From: Ylistrum balloti
Lineage: Eukaryota
NCBI RefSeq assembly: GCF_031769215.1
Contig: NW_026781890.1
Coordinates: 248,001 to 312,000 of the forward strand
Direction of reading: 5' to 3'
Length of the DNA stretch: 64,000 bases
Shown here: piece after piece, positions 24,855 to 39,300 of the stretch
Layout of the letters: each line of letters begins with the position of its first letter
Numbering within the stretch: the first letter of the stretch is position 1
Translations under genes and position numbers: made by a program
Notes under the pieces: model-generated
Told to the model about the DNA's origin: nothing
The model's input: the letters and a program-made list of their open reading frames with translations, nothing else
Database searches by the model: none

Positions 24855-25662
24855 TGTCCTCTTAGCCTCTGGGCACCAGATTCACATTTCCCTGGTCCCC
24901 AAGGAGTAAGATCTACTTTTTTTCAATATCCAGTCTGCTTTATTGAAAATGCTGCAAAACAAATTTGGACAAAGTCCAGTCATTCTTCCAAAATCATGAC
25001 AAAATACCTTTATCATAACAGAAGAATCTTAAACCCTTCCTCCGTTTCCCCAGTGTAGTCCAAGTCCCTTAGGCTCCAAGGCCACCAATAAACAAATCTG
25101 TATCCCTTCCTCCATTTCCCCAATGTTGTCCAAGTCCCTTAGGCTCCAAGACCAACAATAAACAAATCTGTATCCCTTCCTTCATTTCCCCAATGTAGTC
25201 CATGTCCCTTAGGCTCCAAGACCAACAATAAACAAATCTGTATCCCTTCCTTCATTTCCCCAATGTAGTCCATGTCCCTTAGGCTCCAAGACCAACAATA
25301 AACAAATCTGTATCCCTTCCTCCATTTCCCCAATGTAGTCCAAGTCCCTTAGGCTCCAAGACCAACAATACACAAATCTGTACCACTTCCTCCGTTCCCC
25401 CAGTGTAGTCCAAGTCCCTTAGGCTCCAAGACCAACAATACACAAATCTGTATCCCTTCCTTCATTTCCCCAATGTTGTCCAAGTCCCTTAGGCTCCAAG
25501 ACCACCAATAAACAAATCTGTACCACTTCCTCCAATAATACCATTGTCCCAACAGAAGGATTTTAGGCTAATCTTAAATTAGCTCTATAGGGACCATCTT
25601 CTTGGTGTGGGGATTGGGGTAGGGGTGGGGGTAGGGTTGACCTACCAGGCCAGGTGAGCTAA
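24855..25662 (-). mobile_element. Putative non-autonomous Helentron-like (HINE/DINE-1-like) element carrying a 70-bp internal array
   Basis: The minus strand begins TTTAGCTCACCTGG, the terminus type also seen at 33664, and encloses the 70-bp array. The far end is degenerate and its position approximate. Confidence 0.45.
25034..25533. repeat. 70-bp tandem repeat x~7
   Basis: aggctccaag at 25071, 25141, 25211, 25281, 25351, 25421, 25491. Confidence 0.95.
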
Positions 25663-26010
25663 ACAAGATCCCCTGGGACTTTGGTACCCTCTTATTTGCC
25701 ATTGATCATATGCTGTATTGATAGGTTCATTATTCATGGAAACAACAAGCATGGACAAAGGAATTATAGAAAACAACTTTCATTTCTAAAATACAAGATG
25801 GCCACCTGTCAAACATTTTGTTTTACCAATCAGTCTCCAAGTATTCAAAACCAAGGGGAACTTTTATATGAAATTTGTGAAAGATCCATCCAACACTGGA
25901 AATAGTGATAACAAGATTTGATTCGAGACTGATTATTGGCCATCCAAAAGATGTGGGGTAATTGAAAGAGCCTATAATTTGATGGTAAACTTTTCAACTT
26001 ATCTTAATGG
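25661..26010 (-). mobile_element. 3' part of a second Helentron-like non-autonomous element related to the 32874-33664 copy
   Basis: Ends (minus) ...GTCCCAGGGGATCTTGTT. Shares caagatggcc(a/g)cctgt and gaaatttg(t/a)gaaagatccatc with the 33-kb copy. The far boundary is approximate. Confidence 0.5.
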
Positions 26011-27376
26011 ATGGAAATGAAAAGACCAAAAGTGTTCTGACATTTTCTTCAATTTTTTCTTTATTTCTATACATCTAAGCATACCTGACCAATATTAAAG
26101 AAAAAATGGAATGAGCAAGGTCTTTTCCCCCCAGATATGCTGTACACTTTTGATAAATCTGCAATGATCTTATACAACATATTAATGTGGATATAAGGTT
26201 TAATTTACACTGGTGATATTCATCTTTATGTACACCTGATGTTATTTGGAAATTTTGGTTTGATGCAAGATACTGCCCAGATACTTTCATATTAACTAGT
26301 GAAAATGAAACTTGTGGTATTCAAACTCGCATATCAAAAAATGTGTGTACATATCTGTAAATGTGTGTACATATCTGTAAATGCGTGTACAAATTATTTT
26401 GAGTCATGCAGTAATTCTTAAAAATTTAGTAATCTGTGATGGTATAAATAATCTTGCTCATTCCTTTTAAATCATTCCAGAATGTCAAACCAAGGAAAAA
26501 TAATACAAAAAGTTCACCGTTATTTTATCCTGCCTTGGCAAAATAAAATTGCCAAGTAATATAAAAAATGACCGATGTCAGTAACAGATAAAATGATAGC
26601 TCTGTGTAGGTGCTTAACTGCTTGTCACCAATACTTAACATTTACCCTGGTTGTGGCTAGTTCACACAAAGTGAACTTGGCTGAACTGTACTTTCAGCAG
26701 TAAACTGTGAAGCATATATTTACATTAACATTCGCATATAAAGATTCATCAGATACATTTTCTGATATTGTAGTTTACTAAAATAAACTGTCTGTTGGGG
26801 GTTTAAATTTGTGCTCTTTCTTTATGTCCAAACCCAAATATAACACACTTAAAACCCCACAAGAATATTACCTCCAATACAGTATTTAGTCCTTGTGAAA
26901 AAAAAAAAATCAAACCTCCTGACAAATCCTTTATTTTTCAATCAAACTTTGCACATACTAATTTTGAATTCCAAATGGTAGCCTTGGTTTGTTTTGTATT
27001 CTCAAATAATTGTTTACTATACTCCTGCTAAATCATGAATATTAAATCAAAATAAAACTTTTAGGTCTGTACCTAACTTCAAATCTTTAGTGACTTAAAG
27101 CAAATGTGAATACAGAAGTGAATCCTTCATTTTTTGTTACTACACTTAGGAGAGTAAGTCTACAGCTCATATAACAATAATATTTTGAATACATATTTCA
27201 AATACGTTTTTGTACATTACACCTTTGTAAAATCCCATTTTCTTCAATATTAGAATGGATATTTTCTCGCAACTGTTACTTCTTGGCAATTTAACTTGAG
27301 GTTAAAATATCCTCGGAAAAGCCATGATTTGAAAACGGTATATGATAACAAATATAGATTTCCAGAATTAGATGAT

Positions 27377-30300
27377 CTATTTCTTGCGACCTCCTCTTTC
27401 CTTCAGCTGAAGTTGAACTGTCGCTCCTTTCATGAAATTGTAGTAAGCTAGAGAGTTGGAGTCTTTCATGAAAATTCCCTGTGTATAAAGAGTCATCATA
27501 TTAGTGGGATGTAATAAAAGATATCTTTAACCTTTCAAAAAAAATTATGCAATTTCAATTGGAATACTTAGAGATATTTGGATTTTTCAACCCATGCATG
27601 ATGTACAAATATAAAACACAGTAAAATATATACAGTGAGAAATTCAGATATATAACATAATTAATAGCCAGCCAACATTTGTATGATATAATCCAGAATT
27701 CAACTAAACTTGTAAAAGCAAAGATGGGTGAAACAAATGTATCCCATATTCCTACATAGCCGTCAATGTACAATAGGTGAATTTATGTACATGTGTAAGA
27801 GCTTCACACAAGACTACAGATTACCATCCCTGTGCTTTACAGTTTACAGCTACTAATACAGGTCTATTTACAGATTTCCACAACCATGATTTTTATAAAA
27901 GTAATTACCTCGTATTGGAGCTTCTGTTTTCCAGCTGGAAGTCCAAGACTCTCATTCAGCTTAGCTTTCATTACAGAGATCTGAAAACAAATCATTGTAA
28001 CAGTGTGAAGGAATTTCAGCTGTATCAGTAAAACCTTTGAGGTGTGAAGAAATTTCAGGTGTAGCAGTAAAACCTTTGAGGTGTGAAGAAATTTCAGGTG
28101 TAGCAGTAAAACCTTTGAGGTGTGAAGAAATTTCAGGTGTAGCAGTAAAACCTTTGAGGTGTGAAGGAATTTCAGGTGTAGCAGTAAAACCTTTGAGGTG
28201 TGAAGGAATTTCAGGTGTAGCAGTAAAAACCTTTGAGGTGTGAAGGAATTTCAGGTGTAGCAGTAAAAACCTAGAGGCAGTGAACGTAAATGAGAGCATC
28301 TGAACATTTAAATGAAACAAAAGTCTTAGGAAAAGGTGACAAAAAGTAGACAGCCCGTTAGAGTATGTAGAATTCTAACATCACTTCAATAAGGTAATCA
28401 ACTTACAGACTTCTTTAATCTTATAACTAATTGATCGTAAACAAATAAATTGTAAATATGGTTGGAGAGGTAGGAAGCCTATTAATGATCATGCTATCCT
28501 TCTCATCAATATACTTTAACTTGCATCTAAAATTTACCTCCTATTTATATTATTCCTTGATCCAGATTTCTATCCAATTTATATATTTCTGAAGATTTCC
28601 CTTCACCAACATATTTCTGTAGTCATGATTGACATCATATACGTCAATACGTTACTGTAGTGATTGTAGTCCCTCTGTCTCTTCCTATACATTTCTGTAA
28701 CCTAGAATTCCCTCTCATCGATATACGTCATTAAGTAACTGTAGTGACTGTAGTCCCTCTGTCTCTTCCTATACATTTCTGTAACCTAGAATTCCCTCTC
28801 ATCGATATACGTCATTAAGTTACTGTAGTGACTGTAGTCCCTCTCTGTCTCTTCCCATACATTTCTGTAACCTAGAATTCCCTCTCATCGATATACGTCA
28901 TTAAGTTACTGTAGTGACTGTAGTCCCTCTCTGTCTCTTCCCATACATTTCTGTAACCTAGAATTCCCTCTCATCGATATACGTCATTAAGTTACTGTAG
29001 TGACTGTAGTCCCTCTCTGTCTCTTCCCATACATTTCTGTAACCTAGAATTCCCTCTCATCGATATACGTCATTAAGTTACTGTAGTGACTGTAGTCCCT
29101 CTCTGTCTCTTCCCATACATTTCTGTAACCTAGAATTCCCTCTCATCGATATACGTCATTAAGTTACTGTAGTGACTGTAGTCCCTCTCTGTCTCTTCCT
29201 ATACATCTCTGTAACCTAGAATTCCCTCTCATCGATATACGTCATTAAGTTACTGTAGTGACTGTAGTCCCTCTCTGTCTCTTCCTATACATCTCTGTAA
29301 CCTAGAATTCCCTCCCATCAATATACGTCATTAAGTTACTGTAGTGACTGTAGTCCCTCTGTCTCTTCCTATACATTTCTGTAACCTAGAATTCCCTCTC
29401 ATCGATATACGTCATTATGTTACTGTAGTGACTGTAGTCCCTCTCTGTCTCTTCCTATACATTTCTGTAACCTAGAATTCCCTCTCATCAATATACGTCA
29501 TTAAGTTACTGTAGTGACTGTAGTCCCTCTCTGTCTCTTCCTATACATTTCTGTAACCTAGAATTCCCTCCCATCAATATACGTCATTAAGTTACTGTAG
29601 TGACTGTAGTCCCTCTGTCTCTTCCTATACATTTCTGTAACCTAGAATTCCCTCTCATCGATATACGTCATTATGTTACTGTAGTGACTGTAGTCCCTCT
29701 CTGTCTCTTCCTATACATCTCTGTAACCTAGAATTCCCTCTCATCAATATACGTCATTAAGTTACTGTAGTGACTGTAGTCCCTCTGTCTCTTCCTATAC
29801 ATTTCTGTAACCTAGAATTCCCTCCCATCAATATACGTCATTAAGTTACTGTAGTGACTGTAGTCCCTCTGTCTCTTCCTATACATTTCTGTAACCTAGA
29901 ATTCCCTCTCATCGATATACGTCATTAAGTTACTGTAGTGACTGTAGTCCCTCTGTCTCTTCCTATACATTTCTGTAACCTAGAATTCCCTCTCATCGAT
30001 ATACGTCATTAAGTAACTGTAGTGACTGTAGTCCCTCTGTCTCTTCCCATACATTTCTGTAACCTAGAATTCCCTCTCATCGATATACGTCATTAAGTAA
30101 CTGTAGTGACTGTAGTCCCTCTGTCTCTTCCTATACATTTCTGTAACCTAGAATTCCCTCCCATCAATATACGTCATTAAGTTACTGTAGTGACTGTAGT
30201 CCCTCTGTCTCTTCCCATACATTTCTATAACCTAGAATTCCCTCCCATCAATATACGTCATTAAGTTACTGTAGTGACTGTAGTCCCTCTGTCTCTTCCC

Positions 30301-33300
30301 ATACATTTCTGTAACCTAGAATTCCCTCTCATCGATATACGTCATTAAGTAACTGTAGTGACTGTAGTCCCTCTGTCTCTTCCTATACATTTCTGTAACC
30401 TAGAATTCCCTCCCATCAATATACGTCATTAAGTTACTGTAGTGACTGTAGTCCCTCTCTGTCTCTTCCTATACATTTCTGTAACCTAGAATTCCCTCTC
30501 ATCAATATACGTCATTAAGTTACTGTAGTGACTGTAGTCCCTCTCTGTCTCTTCCTATACATTTCTGTAACCTAGAATTCCCTCCCATCAATATACGTCA
30601 TTAAGTTACTGTAGTGACTGTAGTCCCTCTCTGTCTCTTCCCATACATCTCTGTAACCTAGAATTCCCTCTCATCAATATACGTCATTAAGTAACTGTAG
30701 TGACTGTAGTCCCTCTCTGTCTCTTCCCATACATCTCTGTAACCTAGAATTCCCTCTCATCGATATACGTCATTAAGTTACTGTAGTGACTGTAGTCCCT
30801 CTCTGTCTCTTCCTATACATCTCTGTAACCTAGAATTCCCTCTCATCGATATACGTCATTATGTTACTGTAGTGACTGTAGTCCCTCTCTGTCTCTTCCT
30901 ATACATCTCTGTAACCTAGAATTCCCTCCCATCAATATACGTCATTAAGTAACTGTAGTGACTGTAGTCCCTCTCTGTCTCTTCCTATACATCTCTGTAA
31001 CCTAGAATTCCCTCTCATCGATATACGTCATTAAGTTACTGTAGTGACTGTAGTCCCTCTCTGTCTCTTCCTACACATCTCTGTAACTTAGAATTCCCTC
31101 TCATCGATATACGTCATTAAGTTACTGTAGTGACTGTAGTCCCTCTCTGTCTCTTCCTATACATTTCTGTAACCTAGAATTCCCTCTCATCGATATACGT
31201 CATTATGTTACTGTAGTGACTGTAGTCCCTCTCTGTCTCTTCCTATACATTTCTGTAACCTAGAATTCCCTCTCATCGATATACGTCATTATGTTACTGT
31301 AGTGACTGTAGTCCCTCTCTGTCTCTTCCTATACATTTCTGTAACCTAGAATTCCCTCTCATCGATATACGTCATTAAGTTACTGTAGTGACTGTAGTCC
31401 CTCTCTGTCTCTTCCTATACATTTCTGTAACCTAGAATTCCCTCTCATCGATATACGTCATTAAGTTACTGTAGTGACTGTAGTCCTTCTTTGTCTCTTC
31501 CTATACATTTCTGTAACCTAGAATTCCCTCTCATCGATATACGTCATTAAGTTACTGTAGTGACTGTAGTCCCTCTGTCTCTTCCTATACATCTCTGTAA
31601 CCTAGAATTCCCTCCCATCAATATACATCATTAAGTTACTGTAGTGACTGTAGTCCCTCTCTGTCTCTTCCTATACATTTCTGTAACCTAGAATTCCCTC
31701 TCATCGATATACGTCATTAAGTTACTGTAGTGACTGTAGTCCCTCTCTGTCTCTTCCTATACATTTCTGTAACCTAGAATTCCCTCTCATCGATATACGT
31801 CATTAAGTTACTGTAGTGACTGTAGTCCCTCTCTGTCTCTTCCTATACATTTCTGTAACCTAGAATTCCCTCTCATCAATATACGTCATTAAGTTACTGT
31901 AGTGACTGTAGTCCCTCTGTCTCTTCCTATACATCTCTGTAACCTAGAATTCCCTCTCATCGATGTAAACATATCATTTAGATTTCCTTCCCTTCCCTAA
32001 CTCTATAGAGTCCAGATTACTCAAACATCTACACTGCCTGTCTCTTCAGCACTATGTGTGAGTTTGACTACTATACATACCGTGTCTGTAAGAGGAAGAG
32101 TAAAGGACAGTGTCTGACCATTCAGCTTCCATTCTGCCTTTTCTGTAACCTTGGGGATGACCACTTTGAAGGTAACCGGTCCCTAAAGTACACAAAAAGA
32201 CAACGATGGTTATGAAAGAAATTAGAAAGCATTATCAAAATATTTCAAATACTTTCAGAAGCTATAAAACAAGCAGCCATGGATGACACTTTAACCATGA
32301 ACATGTTCTAATCTGTGATATTTTGTCAGGAACATTATTCATAAAATACATAAAATCTCTAATACAAATTTGATGTTCTGCAGTATATATCAATATCTAA
32401 TTCTCTAAAAGAAGAACATATTTCACACATACTTCCTGACCAAAACTTAAGTTTGATACCATATAAAAATGCCAATAAAACACATTTAATAATCAAATCA
32501 TGCCAACAGTTTAACAAATAATAGTTTACCTTGTTTCTTTTGAGGAATTCTCCTTCAGGAACAAGCTGGTCCTCTGTTTTTTGTTTCTTTGCCATTGGTT
32601 CATCCTCCATTGAGGGCGGCGGGGGATGGTGACTCTTGTGAGGTGGACCTGGGGGTCTGTTGCCCATCAGGGAAGGTGGATAATTTGGGGGATGGGGAGG
32701 GCCATGAGGCATCATATGTTGTGGCATGTGCATTTGAGGATGGATTCCTTTATAGAAAAAAATGAAATAGTAAAATGGTAACATCAGAGTCTTGAACACT
32801 TCAATGCATCAAAACCTATTTACATTATAGGATAATTACATCTACACAATCTATAATTGTATTTTTTCTTAAGAACAAGAGATCCGAAAGGGATCCTGGT
32901 GTCCACCATCGTTTGATCTTTATTTGCTCTTTGAGTTTTGGGTCTTCTCCCTCATTTCTCTTCTCTGTTTTTCCTCTTAATTATGAGACAACTGAACATT
33001 CGTTTGCAGAAATAGTGATGAGAATCTTTACCTGTCAAATCCAAGAGAGTTGCCTGAAAGCCATTTTGTTTTTTCTGATCAATCCCAAAATCAAACAGGC
33101 ACAAGTAGAGATCAAAGGGAACATACATATTAAATCTGAGAGATCCATATGGTACTTCTTAGGAAATAAGGAAATAGGAATCTTTATGATGGCACCTGTT
33201 GGCCATTTTTCCCTTATCAGTACCAAAACCAAACAGGCACAACTAGGGATCAAGAGTAACATACACATGAAATTTGAAAAAAGAACCTACGCTAACAAAC

Positions 33301-36300
33301 TTTCTCTGTCAAAATCAAAGATTGTTTTTCTGATCAAACCCAAAATCAAACGGAAATTACTAGGGACAAAGTGACCTCTACACTTGAAATTTGAGAAAAA
33401 GATCATTAATTCTCCAGAAATAGTGATAACAAACTTTCAAATTCAAAATCCAAGATGGCCGCCTGTAAGCTGTGTGGTTTCTCTGATCAGTCGCAAAATT
33501 AAATTGGTACAACTAAGGACAAAGAGACCTACATATGAAATTTGAGAAAGATCCATCAAGTACTTCTCAAGAAAATGCGATAACAAAAATTGTTTATGGA
33601 TGGACACACCACGGACATAGGGCGATTTGAATAGTCAACCATTTGATGATGGTGGGCTAAAAATCTTCTAATCAATCAAGAATCATTCTAGCTGTCAGAA
33701 GAGTTACTCACCCAGAGGCATGGGTGGCCTTGGTGGCAGCACCATTAGGCCACCACGGGGCTGTTGCATCAGCGGTTGTGGCATATGCTGCTGTTGTGGA
33801 GGCCGCGGAGGCATCTTCTGTACAGGTGCTAGCTTCGGAGCCTGTGGGGGAGGGGGTTGGGATTTAGGAGGTGGAGGTGGTGGTGCAGCCTTGGGAGGAG
33901 GAGGCTGTTTGGGTATGGCTGGTCCAATCTTTTCCTTCTCCTCATCTGGTCTACAACATTAAATAAGACATTGATATATTCAAATAAAGTACTTAGGAAC
34001 AATATTGTCAATTTACTATAACATGTCTTTTTTCCATTTAAGACAACCATAAAAATAAATAGTAAAGCAAACTAAATCTAAACCAAATCACAATGGTTGT
34101 AAAACTAGATCTGATATCAGAAAAAGGCAACAGGTAATTCTATGTCTGTTTTCCTGATCACATTGAAGATTACATTTGTTTCATTTACAACTAGTATAGA
34201 CAAGATAATAGATACGTACAGGAGTCCTTTGACTTTGTGTATGACAGCAATCTGCTCCTCTATGGTGATATTCTCACGTGCCTTCTGTGTGACTTTCTCC
34301 ATGGAAGCTGTGTGTCCATCCCACACAACCTTTTTCTCTTTCTTCTCCTCTTCACCGATCTGAAAAATAAATTATTCAACTTTTAAAAAATTTCTACAAC
34401 AAAACATGTACAGATAAATGACAAGTCAAATCATTGTAAGCAATAATTCAGTACTTAGATAAAATATGTGGTTTTAAGTAGACAAGTTAAATCAATACTT
34501 CTGAGCTAGTCCAGAGTGTTTCCATTTAAATGCTAAAATACAGTATACAGTTTAATCCAATGAACTTTCACTCAATGATAATACAAGACACTTGCCTTTG
34601 TCATAAAATGTTGAAAAACCCTTTTGTTGTAAATTAAAATTTGTAGTAGTGTATTGTTAAAACTGCCAGACAAGTCTTATGATATCATATTTTCAATTGA
34701 CAACCAAATTTTTTAAAATATAAAGATAAGCACACTTAATTTCAGATCTTTTCCATACCTTTTTACCAATCTGGGTCTCCTCCACACCAGCACCAAAGAT
34801 GTCAGTACGCCTCTCAGCCAACATTTTCAAGCTACTCTCAATGGCCGAGCCTGGAGCAAACACCTCTTCCTGATCACGCTTCTCTGTAATTGTTCTCTTA
34901 CGGGCTTCAATCCACTTAGGATCCAGCAAACCTGATCAAAGCAACATCATGATAAAACCAAACAGATCAAAAAGAAAGATCTCCAGCTTCTTACAAATCC
35001 TACAACTTAGTGTTTCAACTTAGTATCATTATTACACATAAAACAGCCAGGTGATTATTAACAAGAATCCATGTCCTATCAACCCTTATGTGTCTAGTAA
35101 GGAAAGTTTGTTTTTATTAAATAAATACAGTGGTCTCTATTGGATTGACAAGACGTTTATTAGAAAAAAGTCTTGCCTGACTTTAAGTGTCTAGCAAGAT
35201 AAGAAAGTTGTCTTACAGATTCTCATATGTCTATGTGGACAGTGTTTGTTAACTGGAATCAATGGAAGCTGTCTTACCGACCCTCATGCGTCTATGCGGA
35301 CAGTATGTCAGAGGTGACATGGTGATTATCATGTGTCTGTGGACAGTATGTCAGAGGTGACATGGTGATTATCATGTGTCTGTGGACAGTATGTCAGAGG
35401 TGACATGGTGATTATCATGTGTCTGTGGACAGTATGTCAGAGGTGACATGGTGATTATCATGTGTCTGTGGACAGTATGTCAGAGGTGACATGGTGATTA
35501 TCATGTGTCTGTGGACAGTATGTTACAGGTGACAAGGCAATTATCATGATTCAGTGGTGGTTTCTTACCAATCCTCATATGCTCCTGCACCTTGTGGGCG
35601 GGGATCTTTTCGCCAGTGATAGGTGACACAAGATACTGGTCAGAGGTATCCTCAAGAGGGAGGGCCTTGGCTGGAGAATAAAATCATAGAACCACACTAT
35701 TATTATATCTTAAAGACCACACCTACATGACAATCTGCATACAACACTATCATTCAAGCATTCTGTGTCCTTCACATTAATCATTTATTTTCTGTCACAA
35801 CTTACAGAGATAGTAAGCGTGACTCATTATATCTAAATATTCCCTAACAAAACATGACTGATATAAGTCCCTTCTAACATGTATCTTCTAAGTCCTTGGC
35901 TTTCACTGAAAGAAGGATCGAAGTCCCTTCAAACATAATCCTTCTATGTCCTTACCCTGAGATGAAGGATCAAACTCCCTTTGCACACAACCCTAACATT
36001 TTGCTTCACTTATTTCATTACCTTTTGGATCATAGTCTTTCCTAACCACCACTTGATCTGGCATCGGGGGGAGTGGTGGCGCTGGTATATCACTAGGAGG
36101 TGGGGGAGGTGGAGGAGCAGGTGCTGGTGGCTGAGGTGGAGCAACTTCATGTAGCTCCTCCTCGTCTTCGTCTGCAGAGGAAGACGACTCATCCATGTCC
36201 TGTAAACAAGTAGCATACTTATAAAACACACAGTAGAAATACAGAACAACCTAGAAGTTATAGACAGGATAAAACATCATCCACTTCCTAATACATGCAC

Positions 36301-39300
36301 GGTTTTCTTATCGGATCTAATAAAATATAGAAGATAAACGAACCTCTGAACAACAGAGTGGAATAATATACACTCATGCCATGATTTATTGTATTGAAAA
36401 GAATAAAAATATGGAAATGGTAATAAAAATAATAAGTTAAAATATCAAGATGGAAAAGACTGCTTTATTTTTTATTCATAAATTAAACTAGACTAAGTTC
36501 TGAAAGAAATCTGTGAACAAGATTGAAAAGCAGCAAAGGGCAAGGTTTTTTTAAAAATATTTATAAAAGTTGGGAAAACATCTGAGACCTAATGTCCTAT
36601 AAGTATACATGAGCAGAAGTTTGTCCCCCAGGTCCCAGGAGGATACTATACACTATGCAATGTGCTCTTAAAAAAAAGGGATAAAATCCAGGTATAAGAA
36701 AGCACCTCAGGAGTTCTTTTTCTTATACTCTAATTTTTCAAAATATTATTGAATTGAGAAAATCGAGAATAAGATAAATTGGTGAAAAACTGAAAAAGGA
36801 AATCTGCAGACAAAATCAAAATGCTTAAAAATCATGCAGAAAAAAATGAGTAGAATTGCTTTGTAAAAAAACACTTAATATCATAGGTATAAAGTCTATC
36901 AAGTTTGAAAGAAATTGGTTCAAAGCTGAGAGAAGAAATATCTGGGCAAGATGAACATTACGAAACAACAAGGGCAATAACTCTTCAAACTACAGACAAA
37001 TCAAACTGTCAACTGTGAAAGATATCAGTTGAAAACTGAAAGGGAAGATTTAGGGACAAATATGAGTTTACAACTGACAGACAATGACATACCATAATAT
37101 GTCCCATCAACATTTTTGACAGGTGTATTCAAACTACCTGTACCTTATTATGATTAAATATGAACTTTTTGACAAAAATGAGAGCTGAGAACAGCATAGC
37201 TCACAGGTTGAGGACATATTTCGTGTGAACACCAATGTGTATTCTGATGAGTCATTAACATCCTTTTACCTGTAGCTCACCAATGTGTATTCTGATGTGT
37301 CATTAACATCCTCTTACCTGTAGCTCACCAATGTGTATTCTGATGAATCATTAACATCCTTTAACCTATATCTCACCAATGTGTATTCTGATGAATCATT
37401 AACATCCTTTTACCTGTAGCTCACCAATGTGTATTCTGATGTGTCATTAACATCCTTTAACCTATATCTCACCAATGTGTATTCTGATGTGTCATTAACA
37501 TCCTTTAACCTATATCTCACCAATGTGTATTCTGATGTGTCATTAACATCCTTTAACCTGTAGCTCACCAATGTGTATTCTGATGTGTCATTAACATCCT
37601 TTAACCTATATCTCACCAATGTGTATTCTGATGAGTCATTAACATCCTTTTACCTGTAGCTCACCAATGTGTATTCTGATGTGTCATTAACATCCTTTTA
37701 CCTGTAGCTCACCAATGTGTATTCTGATGTGTCATTAACATCCTTTTACCTGTAGCTCACCAATGTGTATTCTGATGTGTCATTAACATCCTTTTACCTG
37801 TAGCTCACCAATGTGTATTCTGATGAATCATTAACATCCTTTAACCTATAGCTCACCAATGTGTATTCTGATGTGTCATTAACATCCTTTTACCTGTAGC
37901 TCACCAATGTGTATTCTGATGAGTCATTAACATCCTTTTACCTGTAGCTCACCAATGTGTATTCTGATGAATCATTAACATCCTTTAACCTATAGCTCAC
38001 CAATGTGTATTCTGATGTGTCATTAACATCCTTTTACCTGTAGCTCACCAATGTGTATTCTGATGTGTCATTAACATCCTTTTACCTGTAGCTCACCAAT
38101 GTGTATTCTGATGAGTCATTAACATCCTTTTACCTGTAGCTCACCAATGTGTATTCTGATGTGTCATTAACATCCTTTTACCTGTAGCTCACCAATGTGT
38201 ATTCTGATGTGTCATTAACATCCTTTTACCTGTAGCTCACCAATGTGTATTCTGATGTGTCATTAACATCCTTTTACCTGTAGCTCACCAATGTGTATTC
38301 TGATGTGTCATTAACATCCTTTTACCTGTAGCTCACCAATGTGTATTCTGATGTGTCATTAACATCCTTTTACCTGTAGCTCTATTTCTGTTTGCCGTGC
38401 CTTTCCTACATTCTTTTCTATCTCCACTTCCTCTTCGTCGTCAGATTCTACCTCCATCTCTTCTCCCTCATCAACCTATAAAGCCAGAAGACACATAAGT
38501 CACAGTGATTTTCTCACTTGACATAAGACCCTGTTGTTTGAACTACATACTTGTGTAAAAACTTACTTTTTAACAATAAAACTGAATATAAGACAAAAAT
38601 TAAGATGCACAATTTTTTTCAAAATCTACAATATTTTTAAGTTTGAACTCTTGGACTTACCTCCCCTCTATCTATTCTCTCCTGAGCAAGAACACGAGCT
38701 CCCACCTCAGAGGGTGTGGTCGGAGGTGGCAGGTTACCTGGAGAAATTATATGTCAGCTATTACCATAACACAAAGTATAAATCAATGCATACATCTAAT
38801 GTCAGTGTCACCCATATTCCCCTAAGTCTCCCTTCCTCTAATGTCAGTGTCACCCATATTCCCTTAAGTCTCCCTTCCCCTAATGTCAGTGTCACCCATA
38901 TTCCCTAAAGTCTCCCATCCCCTAATGTCAGTGTCACCCATATTCCCTAAAGTCTCCCTTCCCCTAATGTCAGTGTCACCCATATTCCCTAAAGTCTCCC
39001 TTCCCCTAATGTCAGTGTCACCCATATTCCCTAAAGTCTCCCTTCCCCTAATGTCAGTGTCCCCCATATTCCCTAAAGTCTCCCTTCCCCTAATGTCAGT
39101 GTCACCCATATTCCCTAAAGTCTCCCTTCCCCTAATGTCAGTGTCACCCATATTCCCTAAAGTCTCCCTTCCCCTAATGTCAGTGTCACCCATATTCCCT
39201 AAAGTCTCCCTTCCCCTAATGTCAGTGTCACCCATATTTCCTAAAGTCTCCCTTCCCCTAATGTCAGTGTCACCCATATTCCCTAAAGTCTCCATTCCTC

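Noticed and set aside
27961-28320. ORFs FTATPEISSHLKG and RCEEISGVAVKPL
   Set aside because: Artefacts of the 39-bp repeat
33720-33962. Gly-rich plus-strand ORF
   Set aside because: Antisense of the Pro-rich SF3A1 exon 14
37410-37619. ORF (VRYRLKDVNDTSEYTL)n
   Set aside because: Artefact of the 48-bp repeat
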